Notes under the pieces: generated by a model
The model's input: only the letters and a program-made list of their open reading frames with translations
What the model was told of the DNA's origin: nothing
Databases searched by the model: none
Program-made: the position numbers and the translations under genes
Shown here: positions 30,648 to 40,404 of the stretch, piece by piece
Numbering within the stretch: position 1 is the stretch's first letter
Layout: every line of letters begins with the position of its first letter
Source of the DNA: a virus
Length of the DNA: 64,000 bases
Reading direction: 5' to 3' (one strand)
Virus record (IMG/VR): IMGVR_UViG_3300042868_006787
Coordinates: 18,054 to 82,053 of that record

Positions 30648-32678
30648 TTAGTAAAACTTAATTTCGCAGGCATCTGTACTACAATAAGCCTCGCCCTGTG
30701 CTTCTAAATTTTTTACGCCATCGTAAATAGCAGACCAATCAATCTTTCCAATTTTTCCAACATAAGAATTATATTCTTCTTTGGTTATTTGAGTATAAGG
30801 TTGCTGTGGATATGTTTTATTTCCCATGGGCAAGAATGATACTGCTTTTAATTGCCCCTCGTACATGTGTAAGGCGGGAGCAATAAACTTAGACTCTGTT
30901 TCTTTATCAAATGAAAGTGTTACAGATACCCCATTGTCTGACCAATATTTTTGAGCAGTTGCTGCTAGACCAATTTTTTCAAAAAGACTTACATCTTTTT
31001 CAGATCTTGGGTGCCCAGATGCTACTGGGAAATATACTACTGAAGTGTTTGCTGATACTACATCATCTTCAATTTTATATCCTGCTGCTTTAAATAAATG
31101 CATCATTGGATCTGTATTGCCAAACCTTATAGCACGAAGATAAAATTCTCCTCCTGGACCCCAATGAACTCCTGGAGTAGCACCAGAAAGCAATGAAACA
31201 GAGCCAGAAGGTTTGACGGTAGTTACACGAATTGACTCTCTAACGCATAGCCATTCCGAATAACTATGGTCATATGAGCGAATCTTTCGATACCCTTCAT
31301 CCATCCATTGTCGTACCGTTGGCATACCTTTAGTGTCTGCAAAAGATGCAATTCCAGTTAAAGATGTTCCAATACGACGATTACGTTGCATAATTCCATT
31401 TGTGGTTTGCCAGTGTGTTGGCATGAGTGTTACAGTTTTGCCATATAGATATGCAAACTTCAATGTGCGTAAAAAATCTTCTTTGTCTTCATGTCTATTA
31501 AGATGAACTTCTACTAATGTGCAAAGTTCGTAAGACTCTAGTGGTTGTTCAGCGCAAGGATTAAATCCCATGATACGAGAATCTTTTCCATCTGCAGGAT
31601 CTGCAAGGCGTCCATAGTTACGAGCAACATCTAGCCAAATAAAACCTGGCTCTCCGTTATCTACAATTAGGTCAACATAGTCTTCATATTTTGTTCCAAC
31701 TTCTGCTGAAATAGAATTATTAGACATCCAGGCCCATCCTGGATTTTCTGAATCAAAAGAATTTCTATCTGGAAAAACCTCTGCATTTTTTAAATTAATA
31801 AAATCTTTATCTTCTGGTAACCCTAAAGCCAATGTAGCAGAACGACGAACATTTCCAGAAACAACACATGTGCCAATAAGGTTTACAATATCTACTATTG
31901 CACGAGAATCAAGTGTTTCTCCTGCTCTACCACCAATTACTTTATCTATCTTATTGTGTAATGCAATAAGTGGTCCTGGGCCGCTGGCAACCCCTCCAAA
32001 GCCTTTTATAGGGGCTCCTAGAGGACGGATAAGGTCATAGTTAAACTTTTGTATAGCCTGATTAGGGCGCAGGTATGAATTTAAAAGCATTCTTACAGAA
32101 TCTACCCAGCCTTCACGAGTATCTGGAATATCCCAGATATTTTCTGGTTCTGTTGGAGAGTAAATAGACATTTCTTTATCTTGTCCAAGAGTATCGAACC
32201 CTACTCCTATGCCTAACATTAATGCATCCATAACCCAAGCGAACAATGCTCCTGGATCGTTTCTGTCAATATCACGGGTAGAGACCATTGCACAATTTTG
32301 AAGAGATGCAGAGTTACGGCTTTCCATAGTCATTGGAGTTCCAAAAGCCCAAAGACCACGACCAGGTGGTGTCCATTTTAATGTAAATAAACGGTCGTAT
32401 GCTTCTTGAGCAGATTTTTGAGCCTTATAATCATTCCACGGGAGTCTATTTTCTTTAGCATGATTTTTTTGTACTGAATACATTCCTTCAACTACACGTT
32501 TGCAAACTTCATGCCATCTTTCTTTAGTCCCATCTTCTTTCATCCTAGAATAAGTACGAATAAAAGTGATTTCTCCTAAAGAGTTAGTAGCAGCATCTTT
32601 AAATCCAAAAGGAGGTTCTGTTTGTTTATAACTCTCTAGGAATTCTGGCGATAATTTAAAAGAAAAAAAGTCTAACAT
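30648..32678 (-). CDS. nrdJ: Class II (adenosylcobalamin-dependent) ribonucleotide reductase, monomeric RTPR type
   Basis: PPGRGLW, LQNC, VVSGNVRRSA, GFNPCAEQ, TTVKPSGSVS and C-terminal CSTDAC. Confidence 0.95.
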   Translation of the reverse strand: MLDFFSFKLSPEFLESYKQTEPPFGFKDAATNSLGEITFIRTYSRMKEDGTKERWHEVCKRVVEGMYSVQKNHAKENRLPWNDYKAQKSAQEAYDRLFTLKWTPPGRGLWAFGTPMTMESRNSASLQNCAMVSTRDIDRNDPGALFAWVMDALMLGIGVGFDTLGQDKEMSIYSPTEPENIWDIPDTREGWVDSVRMLLNSYLRPNQAIQKFNYDLIRPLGAPIKGFGGVASGPGPLIALHNKIDKVIGGRAGETLDSRAIVDIVNLIGTCVVSGNVRRSATLALGLPEDKDFINLKNAEVFPDRNSFDSENPGWAWMSNNSISAEVGTKYEDYVDLIVDNGEPGFIWLDVARNYGRLADPADGKDSRIMGFNPCAEQPLESYELCTLVEVHLNRHEDKEDFLRTLKFAYLYGKTVTLMPTHWQTTNGIMQRNRRIGTSLTGIASFADTKGMPTVRQWMDEGYRKIRSYDHSYSEWLCVRESIRVTTVKPSGSVSLLSGATPGVHWGPGGEFYLRAIRFGNTDPMMHLFKAAGYKIEDDVVSANTSVVYFPVASGHPRSEKDVSLFEKIGLAATAQKYWSDNGVSVTLSFDKETESKFIAPALHMYEGQLKAVSFLPMGNKTYPQQPYTQITKEEYNSYVGKIGKIDWSAIYDGVKNLEAQGEAYCSTDACEIKFY

Positions 32679-32802
32679 AGGCGTAAATCCTCCGAATTTA
32701 TTTGAATAATTAGTAGTGTAAGTATAGCAGAGTTTTTTAAATTATAAAACTCTGTCTAAAGTTAAAGTATAGAGTTTTAAAGTTTAACAAACTGTCCAGA
32801 TT

Positions 32803-33498
32803 TTATAATAACACAAAACTATTATCATTATAGGTTTCTATAGGATCTATATTTTTATTAATAGGAAAAATATCGTATGCAATTGTAATCCTATCCTTTG
32901 AAAGATTCCAAGGAGCCATAGCATGTGCGTGGCCTGTTTCTGAAAGAATTGCAACATTGTTTTTATTATTAATAATTACATCTTTACCAAAAATTTTATA
33001 ATATGTTTTAGAAGGCTCTGCTGAAACCGAATAATAGCCATGAAGAAATGGGAAGCCTTCTCCTCCATGATCGTGCCAAGGCATTTTTTCTATCATCTCT
33101 TCAGTTATCTCAATATCCTCATTTGTACTATTTTTTACACTATATAAATTAAACCATCCATGAATAGAAAAGTCTTGATCTTCAAAATTTACACCATAAT
33201 ACTCGCAAGCCTCAATAGTCATAGATCTTATAGATTTTAATAAATTAATTAATGCTGGATGTTTAAAATTAAATATATTGTAATACTCGGTTGTCATTGA
33301 TGGAATTCCATCTTTTTTATCAATAAACATTTCCTTTGGAAATTTAGTCATTGTATGATCTGTAACCTCATTAATCTTAAAAAATTGCTCGGCATATATT
33401 AAGTAATTAACTTTATGCAGAAATGAGTATAAATCTTCTAAGTCATTATCTAATTCCCTAGAAAAAAATTTATGCTGTTTTTTCAAATGATTTTTCAT
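32803..33498 (-). CDS. Putative 2OG-Fe(II) oxygenase/cupin-fold protein, paralog 3
   Basis: HGWFN...WHDH...HGYY...SETGHAH...RITIAYD; ATGA coupling to the upstream paralog. Confidence 0.75.
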   Translation of the reverse strand: MKNHLKKQHKFFSRELDNDLEDLYSFLHKVNYLIYAEQFFKINEVTDHTMTKFPKEMFIDKKDGIPSMTTEYYNIFNFKHPALINLLKSIRSMTIEACEYYGVNFEDQDFSIHGWFNLYSVKNSTNEDIEITEEMIEKMPWHDHGGEGFPFLHGYYSVSAEPSKTYYKIFGKDVIINNKNNVAILSETGHAHAMAPWNLSKDRITIAYDIFPINKNIDPIETYNDNSFVLL

Positions 33499-34154
33499 GA
33501 TAATGGAATCCATTTTCCTGGTTTGCCACCAGACATCATAGCAGATGGAACTATATCATAGGCAATTGTTATTCTTGGGTTTTTTTGAAACCAATCATCT
33601 CTTCCATGTGGGTGACCAGTTTCTGAAATAATTGCTCTATTGTTTTTATTTACATTTTCAAAAATTTTATCTTCATTTCTGTCTATTTTATAAAAAGTAG
33701 AAGATGGCTCTGCATCTACACAGTAATATCCATGAAATGCTGGTGCGCCAATTCCATTCATATGATCATGAAAATGATTTGGATACTTTAATGGATTAAC
33801 TCCCCCATTTTTTCCTTCATTTGGAGTTTCCTGGTCTAAATTGAACCATCCGTGAATTAAATATTTTTCTTTATCCATATCTATTTCATAATATTCACAA
33901 ACATCTTTCATTAATTTTCCAAGAGACTTGTAGAGTTGATAAATGCCTGGATGAATAAAAGTAAAAATATTATAATGATCAATGCCTAACTTTGTTAAAG
34001 ATCCCATCCCTTTTCCATGCTTAAGCATTTCTTCTTTTGAAACATTTAGAATATTTTCATCTAAAATTAAAGATTCCATATCAACTAGATAAGACTTAAG
34101 ACTATTTAAATCATTATCTAAAACAACATTAAAAAATTTTTGTGGTTTACTCAT
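33495..34154 (-). CDS. Putative 2OG-Fe(II) oxygenase/cupin-fold protein, paralog 2
   Basis: HGWFN...FHDH...HGYY...SETGHPH...RITIAYD; start MSKPQ overlapping the upstream TGA. Confidence 0.75.
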   Translation of the reverse strand: MSKPQKFFNVVLDNDLNSLKSYLVDMESLILDENILNVSKEEMLKHGKGMGSLTKLGIDHYNIFTFIHPGIYQLYKSLGKLMKDVCEYYEIDMDKEKYLIHGWFNLDQETPNEGKNGGVNPLKYPNHFHDHMNGIGAPAFHGYYCVDAEPSSTFYKIDRNEDKIFENVNKNNRAIISETGHPHGRDDWFQKNPRITIAYDIVPSAMMSGGKPGKWIPLS

Positions 34155-34798
34155 GCCAGTGGAATCCAGTGCTGTTCCCAATTATGCATAATTCCTTTAA
34201 AAGGAATAACATCATAGGCAATTGTTATTCTTGGACCTTCCCAGTCCCAATCAGCCATGGCATGGGGATGGCCAGTTTCAGAAAGAATGGCTCTATTATT
34301 TTTATTTATATTTTCAAATTCTTTATCAAATACTTTGTAGTGAGTTGTTGATGGTTCTGCTTTTACAGAATAATAACCGTGAAACCACGGAGCGCCAGAG
34401 CCACCATGTTCGTGCCAATCAAGTTTTCCGGTGTGATTGTAATTAACATTAAACCAACCTTGTACCCAAAAATCCTCTTTTTCAAAATCAAGATCATAAT
34501 GTTTACAGGCTTCAATAGTCATAGACCTTACAGATCTAAACAATTTATGAATTGCTGGATGATAAAATTGAAAAACATTATATTTATTCCATTTGCTTGT
34601 AGTTATACTTCCAGAAGAGTCCCAAAGCGTCTTTTCATCTTTATCATTTTTTAATATTTCGCCTTTTTTAATACGTTCAGATTGTATAATTAAAAAATTT
34701 GATAAATTATCTAGGTCAGAATCTAAAGTTCTTTCAAAAAATTTATGAGGAACGTTTTTATTTTGACTAGTGCTGTTTAAAGAAATATTTTCGTACAT
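34151..34798 (-). CDS. Putative 2OG-Fe(II) oxygenase/cupin-fold protein, paralog 1
   Basis: QGWFN...WHEH...HGYY...SETGHPH...RITIAYD. Confidence 0.75.
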   Translation of the reverse strand: MYENISLNSTSQNKNVPHKFFERTLDSDLDNLSNFLIIQSERIKKGEILKNDKDEKTLWDSSGSITTSKWNKYNVFQFYHPAIHKLFRSVRSMTIEACKHYDLDFEKEDFWVQGWFNVNYNHTGKLDWHEHGGSGAPWFHGYYSVKAEPSTTHYKVFDKEFENINKNNRAILSETGHPHAMADWDWEGPRITIAYDVIPFKGIMHNWEQHWIPLA

Positions 34799-34846
34799 TT
34801 AGTCTCCATTTCTTTATATAGTATATCATAAAGATAAATGAGATTT

Positions 34847-36127
34847 TTACTTATTATGTACTAGATAATCTCCAGCAATAAACCAGTCTTGTGGCTCACA
34901 GTTAAACTGATAGACTACGGACTCTGAAATATCAGTTGTTATAGATACAATTTCTATTTCTGAAAAAGATCCATCTTGTTCAACTTTTATTAAAATATCT
35001 CCTTCTTCTATTTCAGAAGCATTTTTAACAACATAGGATGACCCCACTTTAGCAAAAAATGGCTGTGTCATTGAATATTTGCTATGGGATTCTCCATTAA
35101 AATATACAACTGAATACTTTGTTGATGGAACAATATTTACAACAGTTGTTGAAACTATTCCATTTGAAGTTAATGCTGAACTAGAAAATTCTGAGTAGTC
35201 ATAATCTCCAGCATCCCCTTCAGTTGACAATTCTGACAAACCTACTGAGTATACAGCATCTCCAACCTGAATATCTTTTGCTGCAACCAAACCAGTTGGC
35301 GTTCTAATTAGTGTGTCTGCTTCAATACAAGCACGTCCTCCTGGTGAAAAACCAAACGGTGTAAATCCAAATGGTGTAAATCCAAATGCGCCAAATGGTG
35401 TAAATCCAAATGCGCCAAATGGTGTAAATCCAAATGGTGTAAATCCAAATGCGCCAAATGGTGTAAATGAAAATGCATCAAACGGTACAAAACCAAATGC
35501 ACCGAATGGTGCAAAACCAAATGGTGTAAATGAGAATGATGTTACTGATCCTGAAGCAGCAGATGTGCCTGAATTACCGTTAGCGTTAGTTGCATAAACG
35601 GTGTATGTTTGTGCTGTTCCCGCTTCTTGCCCTACAGAAACAGATGTTCCCGCCTGTGTTGCTCCCTTGCCATCGCTAGAAGCCCAAGTGTAAGAAGTAA
35701 TAGCACTTCCACCAGTTGCTGGTGCTGACCAAGAAACGTCGTCGTTTGCCGCTCCACCTTGTGCAGTTGCGCTAGGTGCTGATGGAGTTGCAGGAACTGT
35801 TGTTGCAGTTACTGAGCCGCTTGCTGCACTTGCTGCCGATGTTCCATAAGTATTAGTTGCAGTTACTGTAAATGTATAAGCAGTATCACTTGATAAACCT
35901 GTAACCCGAATTGGAGAACTCGAGCCAGAAGCGGTGTAACTTCCTGGGGTTGATAAAACTGTATAAGAGGTTGCAGCATTTCTTGGGTCTGCAGTGAAGG
36001 AAACATCTACAGCACCATCATTATATGGACGAGCAGTTCCAACATTGGATGCAGAATCAATTGTTGGTGCATATGGCATTAAAAAGTCATTAGCACCTTG
36101 CGATTTACGACCACTTCTTTTACTCAT
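34847..36127 (-). CDS. FN3-FN3 + F(G/S)FTP repeat + C-terminal Hint-domain protein
   Basis: FN3 motifs (VTGLSSDTAYTFTVTATN; VSWSAP...YTVYATN); ten FxFxP units; Hint CIEADTLIRT...DIQVGD...VYQF...FIAGDYLVHNK. Confidence 0.85.
   Translation of the reverse strand: MSKRSGRKSQGANDFLMPYAPTIDSASNVGTARPYNDGAVDVSFTADPRNAATSYTVLSTPGSYTASGSSSPIRVTGLSSDTAYTFTVTATNTYGTSAASAASGSVTATTVPATPSAPSATAQGGAANDDVSWSAPATGGSAITSYTWASSDGKGATQAGTSVSVGQEAGTAQTYTVYATNANGNSGTSAASGSVTSFSFTPFGFAPFGAFGFVPFDAFSFTPFGAFGFTPFGFTPFGAFGFTPFGAFGFTPFGFTPFGFSPGGRACIEADTLIRTPTGLVAAKDIQVGDAVYSVGLSELSTEGDAGDYDYSEFSSSALTSNGIVSTTVVNIVPSTKYSVVYFNGESHSKYSMTQPFFAKVGSSYVVKNASEIEEGDILIKVEQDGSFSEIEIVSITTDISESVVYQFNCEPQDWFIAGDYLVHNK
35345..35538 (-). 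repeat. Coding tandem repeat (15/24-bp units, FGFTP and FGA-FGFTP)
   Basis: Repeated AAATGGTGTAAATCC / AAATGCGCC on the plus strand. Confidence 0.95.
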
Positions 36128-36171
36128 AAACTCTTCTCCCCTTATTTATTAATTTTTTTCCTGTCTAACAA

Positions 36172-37911
36172 TTACGCTGAAAGATCTCCAAAGACTACCC
36201 AAGAGTTTTCTGCTCTCTTAAATAATGTTGCAGATGACCAACGTGTACGAAGTTTAAGTCCAGGAGTAGCATTTACTGTTACTCCAGCATCGCCAGCAAT
36301 TGTAACCTGTCCAGTGTTAGTCTGTAGAATATCCAATGTGGTTCCTACTGGATAAGCAACTGCGCTATTTAGTGGGATGGTGATTGTTGTTCCTGATTCT
36401 GAACTTACTTCAATTAATGAGTCTCTTTCTGATTCTGCTGAAAGAGTATAAGAAGCAGTCTTTGAAATAATTGGTGTTCGTGAAGGAACGCCTTCTTTTG
36501 TTTGTGTTCCGTCTGGGAATACTACTCCAGATGAGGGGGTTACTGTTGTAGCCTCAAGTGCAGCAACTTTAATGTCATCAAGTGACCCTTCTGTAAAATC
36601 AATGGTAGTTGTTGGCTCTGTTGTTACGCCTTTAAACAGTTTCCACTTAGCATCAGATGCGTCTCTTACTAATCCTGAGTGTTTTGCTGTTCCATCATTG
36701 TATGCAACTACAAGGCCAAGGTCAATCGTATTTGCTGGATTTTCGTGAGCAAGTTGAAGAATATTGTCTTCAACTGTAATACTCGTTGATGATACTGCAA
36801 AGGTATTTCCATTTACTGTTAAATTTCCATCTACAGTAAGAGCGTCAACTGTTGTTGTTCCTGTAAATGTTGGTCCTGCAAGATTAGCCTTAAGATCAAG
36901 GGCTGTCTGTGTAGCACTTGATACTGGCTTATTTGCATCTGATGTATTGTCAACATCTGAAAGCCCTACCATAGTCTTTGTAACTGCTCCTTCTGCAATT
37001 TTTGCAGTAGTTACTGCTGCATTAGCAAGTTTTTCTGTTGTAACAGAAAGGCCACCAAGTTCATTAGTTCCAACTGAGTCATCACTTAAATGTGATTGTG
37101 AAATTGCATTGTCTGCAATCTTAGGTCCAGTTACTGCTGCATTTGCAATTTTTGCTGTTGTGACAGAATCAGAAACTGGAGTTCTTTCATCTGAAAGACG
37201 TGAATCGTTTGTGTAAACAAGGTTTAGTGTATTTGAAATACCATGTACGCTTGTATTTCCTGATTCATGGTCTGCTAATGAATTAGAAACTGCAACAAGA
37301 TCTTCGTCATAGACTAGACTAAATACGTTTGAGATACCATGGACATTTGAGGTTGCTGATTCATGACCTGCTAATGAATTAGAAACTACATCAAGATCTT
37401 CATCATAGACTAAGGTAAAAGCGTTTATAATACCATGGACATTTGAGGTTGCGTTAGCATGATTTTCAACTGAAGTTTTGACTGCATAATGATCTTGATC
37501 AAGTACTGACAAGGCATTATTTGTGCTTGCAATAGAGTTGCTAAGGCTAGAATTAGTATTACTTTGCTGTGTTAAAACATTTTGGATGTTTGCAAGATTT
37601 TGAGTAATCGAATTTGCAAATCCTGCGTCATCTCCAATTGCTGCTGCAATCTCATTAAGAGTATTTAGTGTGTTTGGTGCTGCGTCGATAACCGCATCAA
37701 TTGCATTATTTATAGCAGTAGTAACCTCTGATGAATCAAATACAATGGAGGCATCTACGAAATATTGTAGGCTTGCAAATGCAGTACTTCCATTACCTAC
37801 TTTAAACTTGTTGGTATCTGTTTCAAAGCCAATTTCTCCTGCGCCCAGTACTGGATTTGCTGCAGCCCATTGTGCTGCTGTACCTCTGCGCTGTTGCATT
37901 CTAGTTGCCAT
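36172..37911 (-). CDS. Tail fibre-like protein (Mtd/hyaluronidase-type N-terminus, HGI and VTxAKIA repeats, shared C-terminal domain)
   Basis: QQRRGTAAQW...GEIGFETDT.KFKVG.G N-terminus; APNTLNTLNEIAAAIGDD; C-terminus TPGLKLRTRWSSATL...WVVFGDL. Confidence 0.8.
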   Translation of the reverse strand: MATRMQQRRGTAAQWAAANPVLGAGEIGFETDTNKFKVGNGSTAFASLQYFVDASIVFDSSEVTTAINNAIDAVIDAAPNTLNTLNEIAAAIGDDAGFANSITQNLANIQNVLTQQSNTNSSLSNSIASTNNALSVLDQDHYAVKTSVENHANATSNVHGIINAFTLVYDEDLDVVSNSLAGHESATSNVHGISNVFSLVYDEDLVAVSNSLADHESGNTSVHGISNTLNLVYTNDSRLSDERTPVSDSVTTAKIANAAVTGPKIADNAISQSHLSDDSVGTNELGGLSVTTEKLANAAVTTAKIAEGAVTKTMVGLSDVDNTSDANKPVSSATQTALDLKANLAGPTFTGTTTVDALTVDGNLTVNGNTFAVSSTSITVEDNILQLAHENPANTIDLGLVVAYNDGTAKHSGLVRDASDAKWKLFKGVTTEPTTTIDFTEGSLDDIKVAALEATTVTPSSGVVFPDGTQTKEGVPSRTPIISKTASYTLSAESERDSLIEVSSESGTTITIPLNSAVAYPVGTTLDILQTNTGQVTIAGDAGVTVNATPGLKLRTRWSSATLFKRAENSWVVFGDLSA

Positions 37912-37958
37912 TTTTTATTTCCTCCTGGGGGTTATGGGTATAATTATAACAGATTATT

Positions 37959-38414
37959 TTAGTTAAAATTATCTGTTGCTGTTCCGCCATCATACGTTAA
38001 TGTCCAAGATGATGTTGATGGTAATCCTGCATCTTGTGGTGTTCCTTGTGGTGCATTATAAAATCCACTACTTATAAATTGGCTGACTATAAAACCAGTT
38101 CCATCTATTGCTGTATCGTGAATGTGATCTGGTAGTGTTTGTGTATCATCAATTGTTGCAATTGTAATCCAAGAACCATTGTAATAAACGTTGACTCGAG
38201 ATGTTAACGTATCAAACCATAGTTGTCCATTTGTTGGAGAAACGGGGGCAGTTGATGATGCTGGCATTGCGCCAGTTACTGAATCAACATATGCTTTAGT
38301 GGTTGCATGGGTGCTTTCAGTTGGAGTTCCAACTACTACAGCATTTCCAAAACTACCGCCAGCAGTAACAATAAGGCCATTTTTGATCTTAAAGTCTTTT
38401 TCTACTGTTGCCAT
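37959..38414 (-). CDS. Fibre/decoration-associated protein
   Basis: MATVEKDFKIKNGL N-terminus; HATTKAYVD and P.NGQLWFDT fibre motifs. Confidence 0.65.
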   Translation of the reverse strand: MATVEKDFKIKNGLIVTAGGSFGNAVVVGTPTESTHATTKAYVDSVTGAMPASSTAPVSPTNGQLWFDTLTSRVNVYYNGSWITIATIDDTQTLPDHIHDTAIDGTGFIVSQFISSGFYNAPQGTPQDAGLPSTSSWTLTYDGGTATDNFN

Positions 38415-38443
38415 TTATCTCCCCCGTTTTTAGTTATTTTTTA

Positions 38444-39919
38444 TTACGCTACTAGTGTTCCGACAACTGTTACTGTTGAACTGTTATTAGCAGTTGTTAC
38501 ATTGAGTCGGACATCTGCTCCTGAAATACTTGCTGAAATTGTTGATGCTGAACCATTGGTTCCAACAATTGCGTATTCAGTGATTGCAATGTTATCTGAA
38601 GTATCAAGTGTCAAAAGGACCTTTGAAATTTCAGTGTGTGCTCCGTAAGCAACCTTTACAAGGTATTCTGCTGAACGATATTCAGCCTTTGCAAAAGAAT
38701 GTGCTACTTGAATTCCTGCTGTTGGTGCTGATAGTTGTGCTGCAACCTGCTTAGCAACTGAGGATAACTCAACTGCTACAAAGTTTGGAACAACTGCTTC
38801 AAGAGCAGATACTGCACGAGCATTTGAGAAGTAAAGGTTTGAAGTTCCTTCTACTAAATCATCAGTATCAGAATCTCCTACACCGTTTTCAGCGGTAATA
38901 GTAAGTCCTGCGCCTGAGCCTGTTATTGTAATGTTTGAAAGTGTTGCACCAGTTAAAAGATCTGCTGCTGCTGACTTTGAACGAGCATTTGAGAAATAAA
39001 GGTTACTTGCTCCTTCTTCAATATCGTCTGTGTCAAGTGCTGCGATTGCATTTGCTGCGGTTCCTGCTGCGTCATATGATGCTGCAGTTGCTGCTTGTGC
39101 ACGAGCATTTGAGAAGTAAAGATTAGAAGCACCTTCTGAAACATCATCTGTGTCAAGGCTAGTTACAGAAATTGTATTTCCTGTAATATCAATGTTTGAC
39201 CCTGCAGTTAAAATGTTTTGCTTTAATGCAACTGAGTTAGCAAGTGTTACAGCAAAGTTTGCGTCATCACCAATTGCGTTTGCTAATTCATTAAGAGTAT
39301 TAAGCAAATCTGGTGCTGAATCAACAATTGCTGCTACAGCGTTGGCTGCTGCTTCATCTGCATAATCTTGTGCATCTGATAATGCATTTGCTGCTGCGCC
39401 TGCAAGATCGTATGATCCAGCAAGTGCTGCTTGGGCACGTGCATTTGTAAAGTAAAGGTTTGTTGTACCTTCTGTTAGGTCGTCAGTATCAGAATCTGCT
39501 ACACCGTTTTCTGCAGAGATAGTAAGTCCTGAACCTGATCCTGTAATTGTAATGTTTGTTAGAGTTGCACCAGTTAAAAGATCTGCTGTTGCAGACTTTG
39601 AACGTGCATTTGTAAAGTAAAGGTTTGAAGTTCCTTCTGATAAATCATCAGTATCAAAGTTTGAAATGTCTGATACTTGACCAGTTACATCTCCAACAAG
39701 ATCTGCTGTAATTACGTTTGCAGCAAAGTTTTTGTTGCCATCACGAAGTACAATAGCATTTGCTACTGATGCTGAGTTTGCTACTCCACCAATAAGTCCC
39801 TGTATGTAAGTTGTGTCTCCTGCTGATTTTGTAAGAACGTCATTTCCGTTAACGGTTGCTGTCGCACCTTCAACGATTAGACCATATTTAACTTTAAAAT
39901 CTTTTGTTACTGTTGCCAT
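38444..39919 (-). CDS. Fibre-like repeat protein (DTDDL.EG..NLYF.NAR repeats)
   Basis: Five copies of the repeat; APDLLNTLNELANAIGDD; N-terminus MATVTKDFKVKYGL. Confidence 0.75.
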   Translation of the reverse strand: MATVTKDFKVKYGLIVEGATATVNGNDVLTKSAGDTTYIQGLIGGVANSASVANAIVLRDGNKNFAANVITADLVGDVTGQVSDISNFDTDDLSEGTSNLYFTNARSKSATADLLTGATLTNITITGSGSGLTISAENGVADSDTDDLTEGTTNLYFTNARAQAALAGSYDLAGAAANALSDAQDYADEAAANAVAAIVDSAPDLLNTLNELANAIGDDANFAVTLANSVALKQNILTAGSNIDITGNTISVTSLDTDDVSEGASNLYFSNARAQAATAASYDAAGTAANAIAALDTDDIEEGASNLYFSNARSKSAAADLLTGATLSNITITGSGAGLTITAENGVGDSDTDDLVEGTSNLYFSNARAVSALEAVVPNFVAVELSSVAKQVAAQLSAPTAGIQVAHSFAKAEYRSAEYLVKVAYGAHTEISKVLLTLDTSDNIAITEYAIVGTNGSASTISASISGADVRLNVTTANNSSTVTVVGTLVA

Positions 39920-39934
39920 TTTGTATCTCCTAGG

Positions 39935-40381
39935 TTATGCCTTAAGTCCCATACGTGCGTAACGTACGGTGATCGGGCGGATTGATATGTCTGGGTCTAC
40001 TGTTAAATAAACAGTGTTTCCACTTCTAGAGACGCTTATGGTGCCAATATTCCCATCATTGTCTATCGTGCCGTACTCGCTTACGGAAATGTCGCTTCCA
40101 TCTACAAGTATTGTCATCTCTGTGGCATAAAATTTATTATCGCCAGCAGAAGTCTTTGAAATTGCTATCAGATATTTAACCATTCGCCATTCAGTTGCAC
40201 TGAAACTGTCTATTGTGGTTAAATTTTCAATACCATTAATAGTATTATCATTGTTACCCGCAGACCCTAAACTTGTTGCTTGGGATGCAGTAGTATCAAT
40301 AAGATTTATGTAATCGGCCTGTGTAGGGCGGTCACCTGTTTGGAACAAATTCTTTACATTTGGGATTGATATGATTGCCAT
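39935..40381 (-). CDS. Virion-associated protein sharing a C-terminal domain with 38444-39919
   Basis: FQTGDRPTQADY; F.A.EWRMVKYLI...SEYGTI versus F...EYRSAEYLV...TEYAIV. Confidence 0.6.
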   Translation of the reverse strand: MAIISIPNVKNLFQTGDRPTQADYINLIDTTASQATSLGSAGNNDNTINGIENLTTIDSFSATEWRMVKYLIAISKTSAGDNKFYATEMTILVDGSDISVSEYGTIDNDGNIGTISVSRSGNTVYLTVDPDISIRPITVRYARMGLKA

Positions 40382-40404
40382 GGCATTATTATAACATTAT
40401 TTTA

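Noticed and set aside
32679-32802. Cobalamin riboswitch or NrdR box upstream of nrdJ
   Set aside because: Only an AT-rich inverted repeat (CAGAGTTTT...AAAACTCTG) and an extended -10 are visible; no B12-box or convincing NrdR consensus.
34847-35329. Hint domains as classical mobile inteins
   Set aside because: They are C-terminal with only Lys after the Asn, lack a C-extein nucleophile and a homing endonuclease, and do not interrupt a conserved enzyme.
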